NCBI GenBank assembly: GCA_964106645.2
Contig: OZ067045.1
Reading direction: 5' to 3' (one strand)
Source: Podarcis pityusensis
Taxonomy: Eukaryota
Length of the DNA: 64,000 nt
Under the pieces are notes generated by a model. It was not told where the DNA came from. It did no database searches and saw only the letters and a list, made by a program, of their open reading frames with translations. The position numbers and the translations under genes are program-made. Shown here piece after piece: positions 48,311 to 60,512 of this stretch; position 1 is the first letter of the stretch, and every line of letters starts with the position of its first letter.

Positions 48311-49099
48311 TGTGCAATTGTCTAGATGTGCTTTCATTATATTGTGAAATTGCTTTGAGATCCTTTCTAAGAAGCAATGTGTAAATGTAATAAGAATAAT
48401 AGTAATATCCCCCCTTTTTTTCATATATTTGAAGAGATCATCCAAGACAATGAAATTAAATACTCCCGGTGGCAAGAAAGGTCATTTAAAAAGGATGTGC
48501 GTGTGTGACAATATTCACAAAAGGAAAAGAGGAGCTCAGCAAGCTTGGAAATCTATAGGACAGGAATTAAATGCTATAATCAGATTGTTTGTGTAGTCAT
48601 TTACCATCTCATTTTCTTGCTGCGCAAGCAGAGGGACCACTCGAGACAGGCCATCTCGGAGAGTAACAAAGTGCGCCAATAACGAACATGGGATTAAAGG
48701 AATATTGATAGCCCGTGACAAGCGGCTTCCTGAGAAATGTTTCTTGGTCAAATAGCAGCAATCATTAAATATATGAGGGTCAGTCAATTTAATCTGCTCT
48801 TTTTATATGGATTGATTAGTTTAGCAAAAATAACAGAGTTCAGAGACAATTAATGGTTTGCCTCCCGTAGCTTTTCAGGAGGGGAGAGCCTCTGATTTCT
48901 TTTCTTTCTCCTTCTTTTTCTTCTTCCTTTTTTATTTTAAAGGAAGGCTTAAATCAGCAGCTTTCAAACTTTTGGGAAGCTCTTGCCCAGGATCCCTTGC
49001 GCCTCAGCAGAGGAAGTCTTAGGTGACACAGAGAATTCAGGGCCACATTATGGGAAATATGAGGCACCAATTGCAAGAGACGGGGCAAAGCAGGGTCAC

Positions 49100-49410
49100 T
49101 GGCTCGCCTTCTTCACGCAGCACATTGTTAAACTATGGAACTCACTCCCACAGGAGGCAGCAATGGCCACCAACTTGAACGGCTTTAAAGAAGGACTAGA
49201 CAAATTCATGGAGGAGAAGGCTATTGGTGGCTTGGCTACTAGCCAAGATGGCTATATTCTGCATCCCAGCTACTGGAAACTGCAGGAGAGGAGAGGACTC
49301 TTGTGCTCAAATCCTGCTCGTTGGTTTCACACAGCCATCTGGTTGACCACTGTGAGAACAGGATGCTGGATTAGATGGATCACTGGTCAGGTCCAGCAGA
49401 CTTTTCTTAG
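49100..49410 (+). mobile_element. CR1 family B 3' end
   Basis: Peptide FFTQHIVKLWNSLPQEAAMATNLNGFKEGLDKFMEEK plus 3'UTR. Confidence 0.88.
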
Positions 49411-51099
49411 GTAAACCCTCCCTCTCTGTGTACTCAGCATGTGTGTGAAGGAAACAAGTGAATAAGCTGGTTTCAAAATCAGTGGTGTGAAATCTCCATC
49501 CTCCTCAGATACAAAATATGGATTTTCAATAGGGCTTATTCTGGCAGGGATGGAGAACTTAGACGTTGCTAGACTCCATATCCCCTCATCCCCAGCCAGC
49601 ATGGCCAGTGCTCATGAATGATAGGAATTGTAGTCCAACAACATATGGTGAGCCATCAGCACCTTATCCCTGGCTACACTTTTATAATTTAGACACCAAG
49701 CGGAAACTTTTTTTAATTCTCCATGCTTTTTGGCTAATAAACTGATCTCTGAACTGCTGTTTGTTTGTTTTTTATCAGTTATCTTCCTGTTGCTATATTT
49801 ATTTGAGGGGTTGTTTTTTGCTGTTTAAAATTGATTGCTTTGTGTGTGTGCTTTTTCCTAAAGGGCTTGTAAGCTCTGAACACAGAAAATGACTGAAACA
49901 AAATAGATCAGGGATAGGGAAGCAGCAGCCTTCCAGGTGTTGTCGGATTCCAACTCTCATCGGCCCCAGCCATCTTGGTCACTGATCAGGGATGATGGGA
50001 GATGGAGTTCAGTAGTACATAGGGGACTACAGGTCTCCAACTCCAGAAACAGATAATTAGAAATCCCCATGTATTAGCAGCAACATCTGAAAGATCTTTG
50101 GCTGAAAGTCCTGAATTTCAGCGACAGAAATGATGTTTTACTGTGATAATTGGAGGGTGTGCCTTTGCACACACGGAACATGTATGAAAAGTACCAATTG
50201 CATTTTCACGTTTGCACCTCAAAATGCACCTGGGCGGCCCTTCCCCAGAGACCCAGCATTTCCAAGCAAAGATTATGCCAAATCCCTTGTAGCATTCCCT
50301 TGGTTTCAGGTGCCCCCTCCTTACTCCTCATCTGACAGTTGTTTGACAGATGAGTTGAACCGCTGGCACACATTTGAAAGTTGAACATTTTAAGAAAAAC
50401 AAATTACAGCGGAACATCTTTTTGCCATAATGCATCTTGACACCGACAGTTAAGGAGAGTGACACCGCTGGGGAAACGGGGTGGGGAATTAGGCTGAAAG
50501 CCTTTGGAAGAGCTCCTGTTTCAAGGTGACTTTGAGAGCGAGTTGGCTACTTCGGTAATTGCTCTGTGACCTGATTTGGGGGGGCTGGTCACAAAGGGCA
50601 CCAATCCATTGGGAATCCTCCTAAGTGAATGCCCAGAGTTTGAATGGAACCTTTTTCTGAAAGGAAATCTCTAGGAGGGGGAGCAGTAACTCCCAGGCAG
50701 AGCTCATGTTTTGCATGGGAAAGGTCCTAGCTTCCATCTCCAGCTTAAGAAAATTTAGGGGTGCAGAACTAGGAATGCTCCTTTAATTCTCCTCATCTAA
50801 ATTTATCCCTGGATTTTAGAATTCTGAATGAGCCCTCTGTTTCTGAAGCGCAGCTAGTGATGCATTAGGAATTCTCCATAGTTCCCCCTCCCCCCCAAAG
50901 AAACCCCCACTTTGTATGGTATCCCGTGCTTGGGCAATTGTATGTTTTATTTTTTAAACTGTGGTGGTGGGGCAGTGCACTCAGAAGTGAATGCCAGAAG
51001 CATTCTTGAGCAAGGAAGATGGCAAGAAGCTGCAACCTCACTTGGCACTTTACTTCTGCCCATTCATTGCCTGCCAACTGTTCTGTTCTTGTTTGTTAA

Positions 51100-51767
51100 A
51101 GGGTGCCAGTGACAAGTTATTGGTGAATCTGCCAGTTTCATTTTTTATCTGTCCCCACCCCATCTTCAACTCAGCTCTCCACATTTCCACAATAGTGTTC
51201 ATTTCTTTAAAAGTCTCATGAAAATTCACCAGCGTTTTAGTGCAAATTTCTCCCAATATACGTGTTTTTTATTGCAATTTTGCAAAGCACTTTCCCAGAA
51301 TAAAATGCATTGCTGTATGTTCTCCTTCACAAATACAGTGGTACCTCGGGTTAAGTACTTAATTCTTTCCGGAGGTCCGTTCTTAACCTGAAACTGTTTT
51401 TAACCTGAAGCACCACTTTAGCTAATGGGGCCTCCTGCTGCCACCGCTGCTGGAGCACGATTTCTGTTCTCAACCTGAAGCAAAGTTCTTAACCTGAAGC
51501 ACTATTTCTGGGTTAGCGGAGTCTGTAACCTGAAGCGTATGTAACCTGAGGTACCACTGTATATGCCTTTTATGTCCATTTTTATACTAGGATATGCATT
51601 TTATTTTTATTTTATTACTAAGTTGTAATACTTGGTTGAAACTGCAAAAAGCAGGAGAAGTGCAAATTTCGCAGAATGGTTGTCTTCCGCGCTTCGTTTG
51701 GGAAAGTGTGAATAAGGTAAGTTCGCCTATATATGTAAACTGAATCGAATGTCTCCCTCATCCCTTA
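51100..51767 (-). mobile_element. TAGGGATG-family repeat interrupted by a Tigger-like MITE
   Basis: Homologous to 16310 and 44960; ends CATCCCTTA. Confidence 0.6.
51336..51559. mobile_element. Tc1/mariner (Tigger-like) MITE
   Basis: TIR CAGTGGTACCTC/GAGGTACCACTG with TA TSD on both sides. Confidence 0.93.
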
Positions 51768-51904
51768 GTCCCTACTTAGTGACTGGCATCAGGACCAGGG
51801 AATGTGAGCTTCAGGACCTGCCCCACCAAGCTGGGCACTGATACAAAGTCCAACCACTGAGTACCAGCTATAGAGGAGCAAACAGCAGGAGACGTTTGTT
51901 GCAA

Positions 51905-52232
51905 GCGTGGGGAATCCTTTGCAGTCTGAAGGCCACATTCCCTTCTGTGTGACTTCCTGAGGTCCGTATGCCCATGGTCCATGGGACCAGAGGCAAAAGC
52001 AAGCAGAGTAACAAATGCAAATTTTACCTTTGTGCAATAGGCTATATACATTCCTCTCTATGTCCCATTCAGACAAGCAAGTGTTCAGGGATGCATTCCA
52101 GCCAGGGGGAAACATCTGGGGTAAGGAGGAGGGTCTGTGAGGGGTGTGGCTGGGAGAGCTTTCTGAGGCCCACAGATAGAGAGGACAGGAGGGCAATATT
52201 TGGGACCTGGGTCTTAGGTTCCCCACCCCTGG
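51905..52232. mobile_element. hAT-like non-autonomous element
   Basis: GTGGGGAA.CCT..GGCCACATTCCC start and AGGTTCCCCACCCCTG end. Confidence 0.6.
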
Positions 52233-53867
52233 TCTGTTGGCTACATGTCCTACTTTGGGGCCTTCCTGGAAGGCCACTGTAGAGAAAAGGATGCTGGATA
52301 GGATAAGCCTGGACTGATCTGATGCAGCAGAGCTCTCTTGATAGTCTCACGAACTGTGGGCATTGGAAGCTGTCCTGACTCTGGAGAGGCCAACTCTCAG
52401 GGACGTGTCCCAATTATACCCTGAGTGATCTATTCTTTGCCTCTTTTATACTCGAGCGATACAAAGTGACAGAGCAGGAAATATGATATGTTAATTCTCA
52501 CCCAGTGAGTTGCTGTCAATGCAAATTAAGTGTGCATTAATTAACTGTAATTCTCTTTCTGGAGAGAGCACTTCCTTGAGATTATCACATTTAATTATGA
52601 AATATTATTCTTTGGAAAATATTTATCCACATTAATGAGGAGCTGATGTTCATAAATTTAAGTGCTGAATATTCTAGCTTATTTTTCCCTCCCTCCCTCT
52701 CTCTTTCTTTTCGCATGACTATTTCTCAGTGCATTCATTAAAGTGCATGGTTTAATGCTGGATCAATGATTCTCTCCCTTCCTTTGCCCCAAACTGAACC
52801 AAGGCAACTGAAATTGCCCCTCCCCGCTTAAAAAAGAGAGTATATAAACCAATAGAATTTAGTTGAATTTGTATCATCAAACATTACTTTATGCCGCTGG
52901 TGGTACTGGCATGTGAGGTGGGGTGGAGACAAGAAACCTCCCTCCCAATATTTGTGCTGCTGCTTATCTGGATGCCATTCAAGGCTCCGCCAGTAGAAAG
53001 CTAGCACATGGAGGTGAAAAGGATCTACCTGCTAGCACTTCACATGTGGAGAAAGTATTTGAATTTGCGGAGGGGACAAATTAAAATTAATTATGTTCAT
53101 GACTCCATGTGTGATCAACATCTGTACCTATATTTACGGCCAACTCCCACGAGTTCTAGGCATTGACCATTGTGTGTCCAATTGGTCTGTGTCCTTGGTT
53201 CATATTGTCCAGCGTTTCAGATTAGAAAACAGGGGTCACAGGGGCTGTGCATGGAACCTTGAGAGGGGGAGGGGAAACCTGAGAATATCAGCCATCATAC
53301 TAAGGAAATCAGCCTCTTTTGTCTGTATGTTCTTTTTCTATGGCTAGAGTGGAGAACTTCTTCCAGACCAAGGGTCTTATTCCCATCTGGACAGCCCTCG
53401 GAGGTGACCAGAGGCAAAAGCAGGCTGAGCAATGAATGCCAATTTTAACTTTATACAGTTGGTTAGTTTCTACAAACTTACACACTCTTCTTTGTCTTCC
53501 ATCCAGGAAAGGAAGGAGCATTATCAGAGTTTAAGGACATATTCGAGCCAAGACAAAAGGGGGGAAAACCTCTGAGAGTCGCCCCCCCTCCCAAATTCTG
53601 GAGAAACTTCCTAGAAATTTCAAGCATTGCTTGCAGGAAGGAGGAAAACTGTGTCAGCATTGGTCATATCTCTGCACCTCAGCTTGGACATCTGAGGCAA
53701 GGGAGCCTTCACAGAGACCTCTAGCCACTTCAGCAACTGACGGAGGCTCCTGAAGAGCCTTATGGCCACATCCAAATCATTCGTTTAAAGCTCCCACTTT
53801 AGCAGGCATTATGTCCCTGCAAAGAACCATGGAACTGTAGTCTTTTAAGGGAGCTGAGAGTTGTCAG

Positions 53868-54112
53868 GAGAGTTGTGGTGTAGTGGTTAAAAGTGGTAGT
53901 CTCGTAATCTGGTGAACCGGGTTCACGTCTCCACTCCTCCACATGCAGCTTCTGGGTGACCTTGGACTAGTCACACTTCTCTGAAGTCTCTCAGCCTCAC
54001 TCACCTCACAGAGTGTTTGTTGTGGGGGAGGAAGGGAAAGGAGAATGTTAGCCGCTTTGAGACTCCTTAGGGTAGTGATAAAGTGGGATATCAAATCCAA
54101 ACTCTTCTTCAT
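53868..54112 (+). mobile_element. Squam3-type SINE inserted in a MITE (53765-54200)
   Basis: TGTGGTGTAGTGGTTAA..CAAATCCAAACTCTTCTTC; the host MITE continues on both sides. Confidence 0.9.
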
Positions 54113-55161
54113 CATCCCTATTCCCCTCACAGACCTACAATTCACAGAGTTCCATGGGGATAGGGGCTGGTTGTTGAAACACTCTGCAAATTGTGAGGCA
54201 AATAGGCAGATTTGGCCCCTTCAGTAATGCACATTACTTGAGTAATGTGCAAAAGGGGCCAACATTGTCAAGGTACATAGGGAACTGCATTACCCCAAGT
54301 CAGTGCTCAGTATTGTCAGAGATTAGTAATGTCTACACTAGCTGGCAGCCACCTTCCCACAGTTTCAGAGAGGAAACATTCCCACCTTACTTTAGGGCCT
54401 CCTGAATGTCAAGCAGATTGAAAATAAAAATAAAACAGGAACAGGAGAACTTCCCACTGCAACTTCATCATTATAAATAGTCTGTTGTTGTTGTTACTAA
54501 AGTAGTAAGCCTTTATTCAGACGGCCTGCAATCAATTTATCACTCTGTCCTAGTGAGCACCTGTTTGCGGGGTGGGGTAAAAACCTTTCTAAGAGGGTGA
54601 AAAGATCATCTTGATTGCAGCTCCCAGTTCTACATAACAAATGAAGTCTGGTGGGAATATGATGGGGCCTTCCATGTGAAGGAGGAGGGGGATGGGGGGA
54701 CACGGGAGGGGAGGGGGCGGAAAGAAAGATTTTGTTTGCAATCAGGTAATCCAATCTCGGCAGCGACATTAAAACACACTGGTTTCTGAACTTGTCTGAA
54801 ACAGATTGCAGGCTCTTAGGTTACCAGGTATCATGTGTTTGGCCAGAGCAGGGAAGGAGAAACAATTGCCATCAAAAATCTTTGTGAGCAGATATTTTTT
54901 TTCCATCTCTCTTTCTCTCTGCTTTCTTTAGCCCCCCTAAAAGCCTCAATTGTATAAACCTCTTTCTTTGCAACACTTATCTGTGTGCACATAACATAAA
55001 TAATCTTGCTCTTGTTCTGAAGTCAAGGAAAAGTTTTAAGAATGAAAAAGAAAAACCAGAAGCATTTTTCTGAAGTTAACAAATGGAAGCAGTAAAGGAA
55101 TAATCTCTCTCTCTTTTCCTTTCAAATCCATGCTTTGCAGGAGCCAAAATTCAATCTTAGG

Positions 55162-55333
55162 CAGTGGTTTTTTTTTTCTGGAGGTACGCAGGGGTATGCA
55201 TACCCCTAAACATTTTGTGAATCTTTGGTCCATTTACCGTATTTATTTTTCCTGATTTGAACTATAAAATGTTGATTTTCTTGAGTCAAAAGGAGAGTAC
55301 CCCGAAACATTTTTTTAAAGAAAAAAAGCACTG
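55162..55333 (+). mobile_element. hAT-type MITE (CAGTGCTTTT family, variant)
   Basis: CAGTG..AAAAGCACTG termini; perfect 8-bp TSD ATCTTAGG. Confidence 0.9.
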
Positions 55334-55664
55334 ATCTTAGGTCTGATTTGAGTGCCAGAGTTTGTATATGTAGAACAGGGGACCCTCCAGATGTTGTGGA
55401 AATCCATCTCCCATCATACCTGATCAGTGCATTTGCTGATCACAGCTCCCATCAACAACAACAAATGTGCATGAAAATTCATTTCCTGAAAAATATGGAT
55501 TTTTCAATGCCTTTTTCATGTTTTTTCGCCTGTGAATTCCATTGGAACTTAGGACCATTTATTTCAAAGGGTCTGTTTTGTATGACTAGCATTGACTATC
55601 ACCTTATGACTCAGTATAAGTCGGGTTTGCATGCCCATCTTTTATTACACCCTTTATTCAGAAC

Positions 55665-55833
55665 CACATCTGCTTTGCATGCAGAAGTTCCAGGTTCAAT
55701 CCTCAGCATCTCCAGGTAGGACTTGGAAATATTCCTTGCCTGAAACCCTGGCGATCCACTGCCAGTCAGTATAGACAGTATTGACCTAGCTGGACCAAAT
55801 GCTCTGACTCAGTAGGCAGCTTCTGATGGTCCT
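55665..55833 (+). mobile_element. tRNA-Ala-derived SINE
   Basis: CATCTGCTTTGCATGCAGAAG..GGTTCAATCC..CATCTCCAGGTAGG. Confidence 0.8.
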
Positions 55834-56198
55834 AAATCTGTTTTATGTTTTCATTGTTTTGCAAAATCGCTTCGAGCTGCTACCAATGAAGCAGTTCACA
55901 AATGAAATAAATATTAGCAAATAATAGATTCTGAGGTAGATCAGGCTTTAAACCCCAGTAGTTATTACGGTTCTTGTTGTTCTTTATAATTTCATTTCAT
56001 TTATGATTCGCTTTCTATGATGCATCTTGCAGGGATTTCACAAAACAGTAAACACAGTCACATAAACAGAGGCAGTACTCTGATATTTATTTTTATTTTC
56101 TAACAGCAAATAAAAGCTCCAGGAGCATCGGCCAATTCTGTGCAGGAGATGGGAGTTCAGGCCTGGGCTGGCTGCAAATATTTAACTTCCACCCCCCA

Positions 56199-56238
<40 letters not shown>

Positions 56239-57040
56239 TCTGCTTCCTCTGCATCCAGCCACCAAATAAAATACAAATCTCCAATGCTGAAAAGTCCTTC
56301 CTTAAGCTAATAAAATCTGTCAGCTTCCATAACGGCTGACGCGACGAAAGTCCACAGGTGCGCAGCATTCTGCTCTTTGCGGCTCGGGGAGCCGCGGCTT
56401 ATAATAAAAAGCTTTCCGTGTTACGGCCCTCCTTCTCCATCAATTCACATCAAGCATTATTAGAGTCATCTGCCACCTCCGTGGTGCTTCCTCTGTGCTC
56501 AGAGCTGCAGAGGCAACAATGACATTTCACCGCTCTGCAGGTGCTGCCGTGTGTGGTCGAAAGAGTGTAAGTGTGGCCCTCTTTTCTTTCCCACCAGCAC
56601 TTTGATCTCCATCACAAAAAGCTGCCTAGCTGGATGCCCTGATTCATTTCCCACTGATATTCAGAGAGCAGGGGTGTGGGGTGAAGGCGGATGTGGTGGG
56701 GCTGGGGGTGGGGGAATGGGCCAATCCATAATATTTATTTCAACGCCTGCTCCAAATCTCTTTAAACATCATAAGAACATGGCTCATTAAACTACAACAG
56801 CCCCGAAATTGCGTTATAAAACCGCAAAACAAAAAATCAATACATCTGCTGGGGGAAGGAAGGAATGGCTATATGAGAAAAGTGGCTTGCATGAATCAAA
56901 AGAATATTATGGGGCATCACGTCTCATTCCCATACTTAAAAGTTAACCAGCTTGGGGAGGGGAGGGGAGGTCACTTAAGCAGGTGCTACAAGGTAGAGCT
57001 TAGCAAAGAGTCAACATCAACTCGCATACATAAACACACA

Positions 57041-57085
<45 letters not shown>

Positions 57086-57714
57086 CCTATAAATAATGTC
57101 AGCAGGAGCAAGGGAAAGGGCAGAGGGCTGCGTCAAAGGAGATCAATTCAACACATATTTGCTACCTGAGATTTAGCTGTTGTATTCCTTCAAAGTCTAA
57201 TCAATACACCGGTCCATAAGAGCTCAGTGGAAAGTGACAACATCACTGCGACGGCTTGCCGTGAGTTTATTACTAGGCTAAAAGCATGTAGCTATTTCTA
57301 ATTTGAAATAAAGATTAATGCTAGGAACCAGCGATTCAGGCGCTGTGCAGTGGCTTTTTTCTTTTTAAGTCACCGACAACTAAGTTATTTGTCTCCATTC
57401 GTCAGATCTTTTCCAGACTGACATTTCTGAAAAGTGGGCCCAAAGGTTTTTTGGGTGGGGGGGGGGAGAGGATTCTCTCCCCATCACCAAATTGACTTTC
57501 AATACGGCTTATCACTCTGTGAATGAAACCGAATCACCAAGACAATGGGTAATATTGGAGATGGCCAAATATTTGGGACCAAGACCAATGTGCTCAGCCC
57601 AACTTAGGACCGAATGAGACTGAAATGGCAAATACCTCGTTGGGAACCATATCTGTGATGTGCTAAAAAATTAAATTATAGCAGATATTTGGGGGGACGG
57701 GCAACATATTTTGA

Positions 57715-57950
57715 GAGGACCAATTCCTGAAGGATAAGGTGACCAGTGGCCATTAGCCATTTTGGCTAAGCTCTATCTCCATTGTCTGAGGCAGGTCTCT
57801 GAACACCAGTAGCTCAGAATCACAGGAAGGGAGAGCTGGACTTCTGCTTGAGTCCTGTTTGCAGGTTTCCCTCAGAGATCTGGTAGGCCTCTGTGATAAC
57901 AGGATGCCAGAATAGATGGGCCTTTGGCCTGACCCAACAGGGTTCTTCTT
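57715..57950 (+). mobile_element. Degenerate CR1 family B 3' end
   Basis: TGCAGGTTTCCC..CTGTGATAACAGGATGC..AGATGGGCC. Confidence 0.65.
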
Positions 57951-59137
57951 GTGTACAGTTTGTCAGCAAGAGAGGGCCAGCCATTTTCTCCCCTTCTATT
58001 GGCCTGATAAAGAGTACCTCCCTCAACTGCTGTGACCCCAGCACTAAAACGTCTGCTGGCTCAGTGGAAACCTGTGTCTCTCTGTGTGTATGTGTGAGAG
58101 AGAGATTCATGCAAGAAAGGTTTCCTTTCCTTGCATGCTGTGCTCCCGACAAAAATCTCTTCTCTCGCAGCCCTACCTGCACCTTCTGCCTCCTCTGCTC
58201 TGACAGTTTCCCTCCTTTGGCAAGCCTTGGTGCTCACCCAAGACTGCCAGTGCTTCAATGTGCATTGCTATGGTGTCTATAAGGACCAGACTTGGCTGGT
58301 GGATAGAACACCATCTCTTAGATTCTACGGCTTAGAATGGCATTCAGAGGATGCTTGAATCAGGGCCCGGGAACCTATCTTACCCCCCAGTAATGGACAG
58401 TAATAGGGAGGTCCTCGCCAGAGGATGGATAACCGCACAATTACATTATCTGACTCAGCAAGGGGCTCTTGAATAAATCATGACTCTGGGAGCCAAGAGC
58501 ATCTCACCTCACGCAGACATCCATTCACACACACTCAACTCCACTGGCCCACTCAGCAAGATAAATCGGCGTCAGTAATGAGGCCAGGCAGCTGAAGGAA
58601 GGGTTAAGACATTTAATTACATCCCTGAAGATCGCTTTCCTAACATTCTGATTACACCCAGGAAATATGCCCAGGCCATTTTACACTCTGGGGAATCTAA
58701 AGTAAAGGGTGGGGGCGGGGGATAGGGGCAGCGTTTCGCTTCTCTCATCTTTCATTTCAGGATGCGCAGGGTTCTAGCCCTCATGACGAATTTGAGAAGA
58801 AAGGTCAGAATATGTTCCGCTGCTCTCTGAGGAAGGACAGCATCAGGCAAGGCTTCCAGATGTTTTGGGGCTTATATGAAGCACATAGCCCTCTCTCCTC
58901 TTTGGGTCAAGAGGTCAGGAGCAGCCCAGACCCTGAGATTTCAGGGGCCCAACCTGAAAACTAGGGGCAGCTCCTGGCAATGTTACAGGGATGGGCCCTG
59001 GAGACAGAAGTTAATTGGGAGAGGGGAGGACAGCAGACCCCTGACACACACCCCACCACCTCAGCATGTCTGTACTATAATTTGCAGCCACTTTGTGCTG
59101 GGCTGAAGCTTCCACACTTTTAAAAATACATATATAT

Positions 59138-59273
59138 CAGTGATGGTCAAACATGGCCCTCCAGCTGTTTTGGGACTACAGTTCCCATCATCCCTGACCA
59201 CTGGTCCTGTTAGCTAGGGATGATGGGAGTTGTAGTCCCAAAACAGCTGGAGGGCCAAGTTTGGCCATCACTG
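59138..59273. mobile_element. hAT-type palindromic MITE (136 bp)
   Basis: TIR CAGTGATGG.CAAAC/GTTTGGCCATCACTG; long hairpin; 8-bp TSD ATATATAT/GTATATAT. Confidence 0.92.
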
Positions 59274-60044
59274 GTATATATTAAAGGCACTCTCACCCAC
59301 CTGCAGATTCCAGTCCTCCACCTGGAGGGAGCCAGGAAACCTGGAGACTTCAGGTCAGACTTGAAGGTCTGCCAACCCTAGCAGCAGCTCAAGGCTTGCA
59401 TTATGATAGGAAATTGGGGGGCTGGGGTGCAATTTTAGCCAAATCCATACTTCTCCAAACCCTAATGAAAGCAGTATAGGGACCCTCTGCCCGCCCTCAC
59501 CCCATAATTAAAACACTGCAGGGGGTTCCCCTAACACCACCAGCTTTTATTTACTTTTTAAAAGTGAAAAGCAGCTGTACTGTGGTTGCAAAAGTCCTAA
59601 GAGGAGCCATGGAATGCCTGCTTAATCTGTTTTGGGGGGTTTTCTTGCCCCAGCTGTTTACCCATTCCATCCTCTTCCTGGACCTCCCCCCCCCCCGAGA
59701 AAGAAAGGGTCTGAAAATGATTTCAAAATATGCAAATGTTTTGAAAGAAAAGAACTGAGCAAGTTACACGGGTTTGCTGTGGGCCCACTGTCGGCCTTCA
59801 GATGGCAACAGTAAATGGAGATGACAGCGCAGACAGGGCAGCAGTGAAGAATGATGGTAGTCCAGAAGGAATTGGGGGAGCAGATGGCCATTACTGTAGG
59901 CAGTAGGATGGTGTGTTCACCTTAACACCTTAGAGGGCAATACATTTCGCAGCTCTTCCTCCAACTGTTCACATCAGCACAGCTTCATTAGTGTCAGATT
60001 CATTGGAGAAGGATGTCTTGAGGCTCTGCAAAAACACTTAGGAC

Positions 60045-60512
60045 TTCTCAGAGAAAAAGTGAGTTAGAGGTGGCCTGACAAATATAAAATTTTGCATGAC
60101 ATGGAGAAAGTGGATAGAGCAAAGTTTCTCTCCCTCTCATAACACTAGAACCCATGGACTTCCAAAAAAGCTGAATGGCAGAAAATTCAGGATAGAGTGG
60201 GAAATGCATTGTTAAACTATGGAACTCCCTCCCACAGTAAGTGGGCAATAGCCACCAATTTGAATGGCTTTAAGAGAGGATCAAATTCATGGAGGAAAAG
60301 GCTGTCAATGGCTGCTATCCATGATGGCTATGCTCTGCCTCCATGGTCAAAGACTGCAATGCTTCTGAATGCCAGTTGCTGGAAACCACAGGTGGGAAGA
60401 GGGCTCTTGTGCTCGGGTCCCGCTTGCAGGTTTCCCACAAACATCTGGCTGGCCCCTGTGAGAACAGGATCCTGCACAAAATGAACCACTGGCCCGATCC
60501 TGCAGGCACTTC
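60045..60512 (+). mobile_element. CR1 family B 3' end
   Basis: ORF2 end (GTTAAACTATGGAACTCCCT..GGCTTTAAGAGAGG) plus a complete 3'UTR. Confidence 0.87.

Noticed and set aside
59138-59273. miRNA-like or CRISPR-like hairpin
   Set aside because: Explained by a palindromic MITE with TIRs and an 8-bp TSD; no repeat-spacer array, and the DNA is eukaryotic
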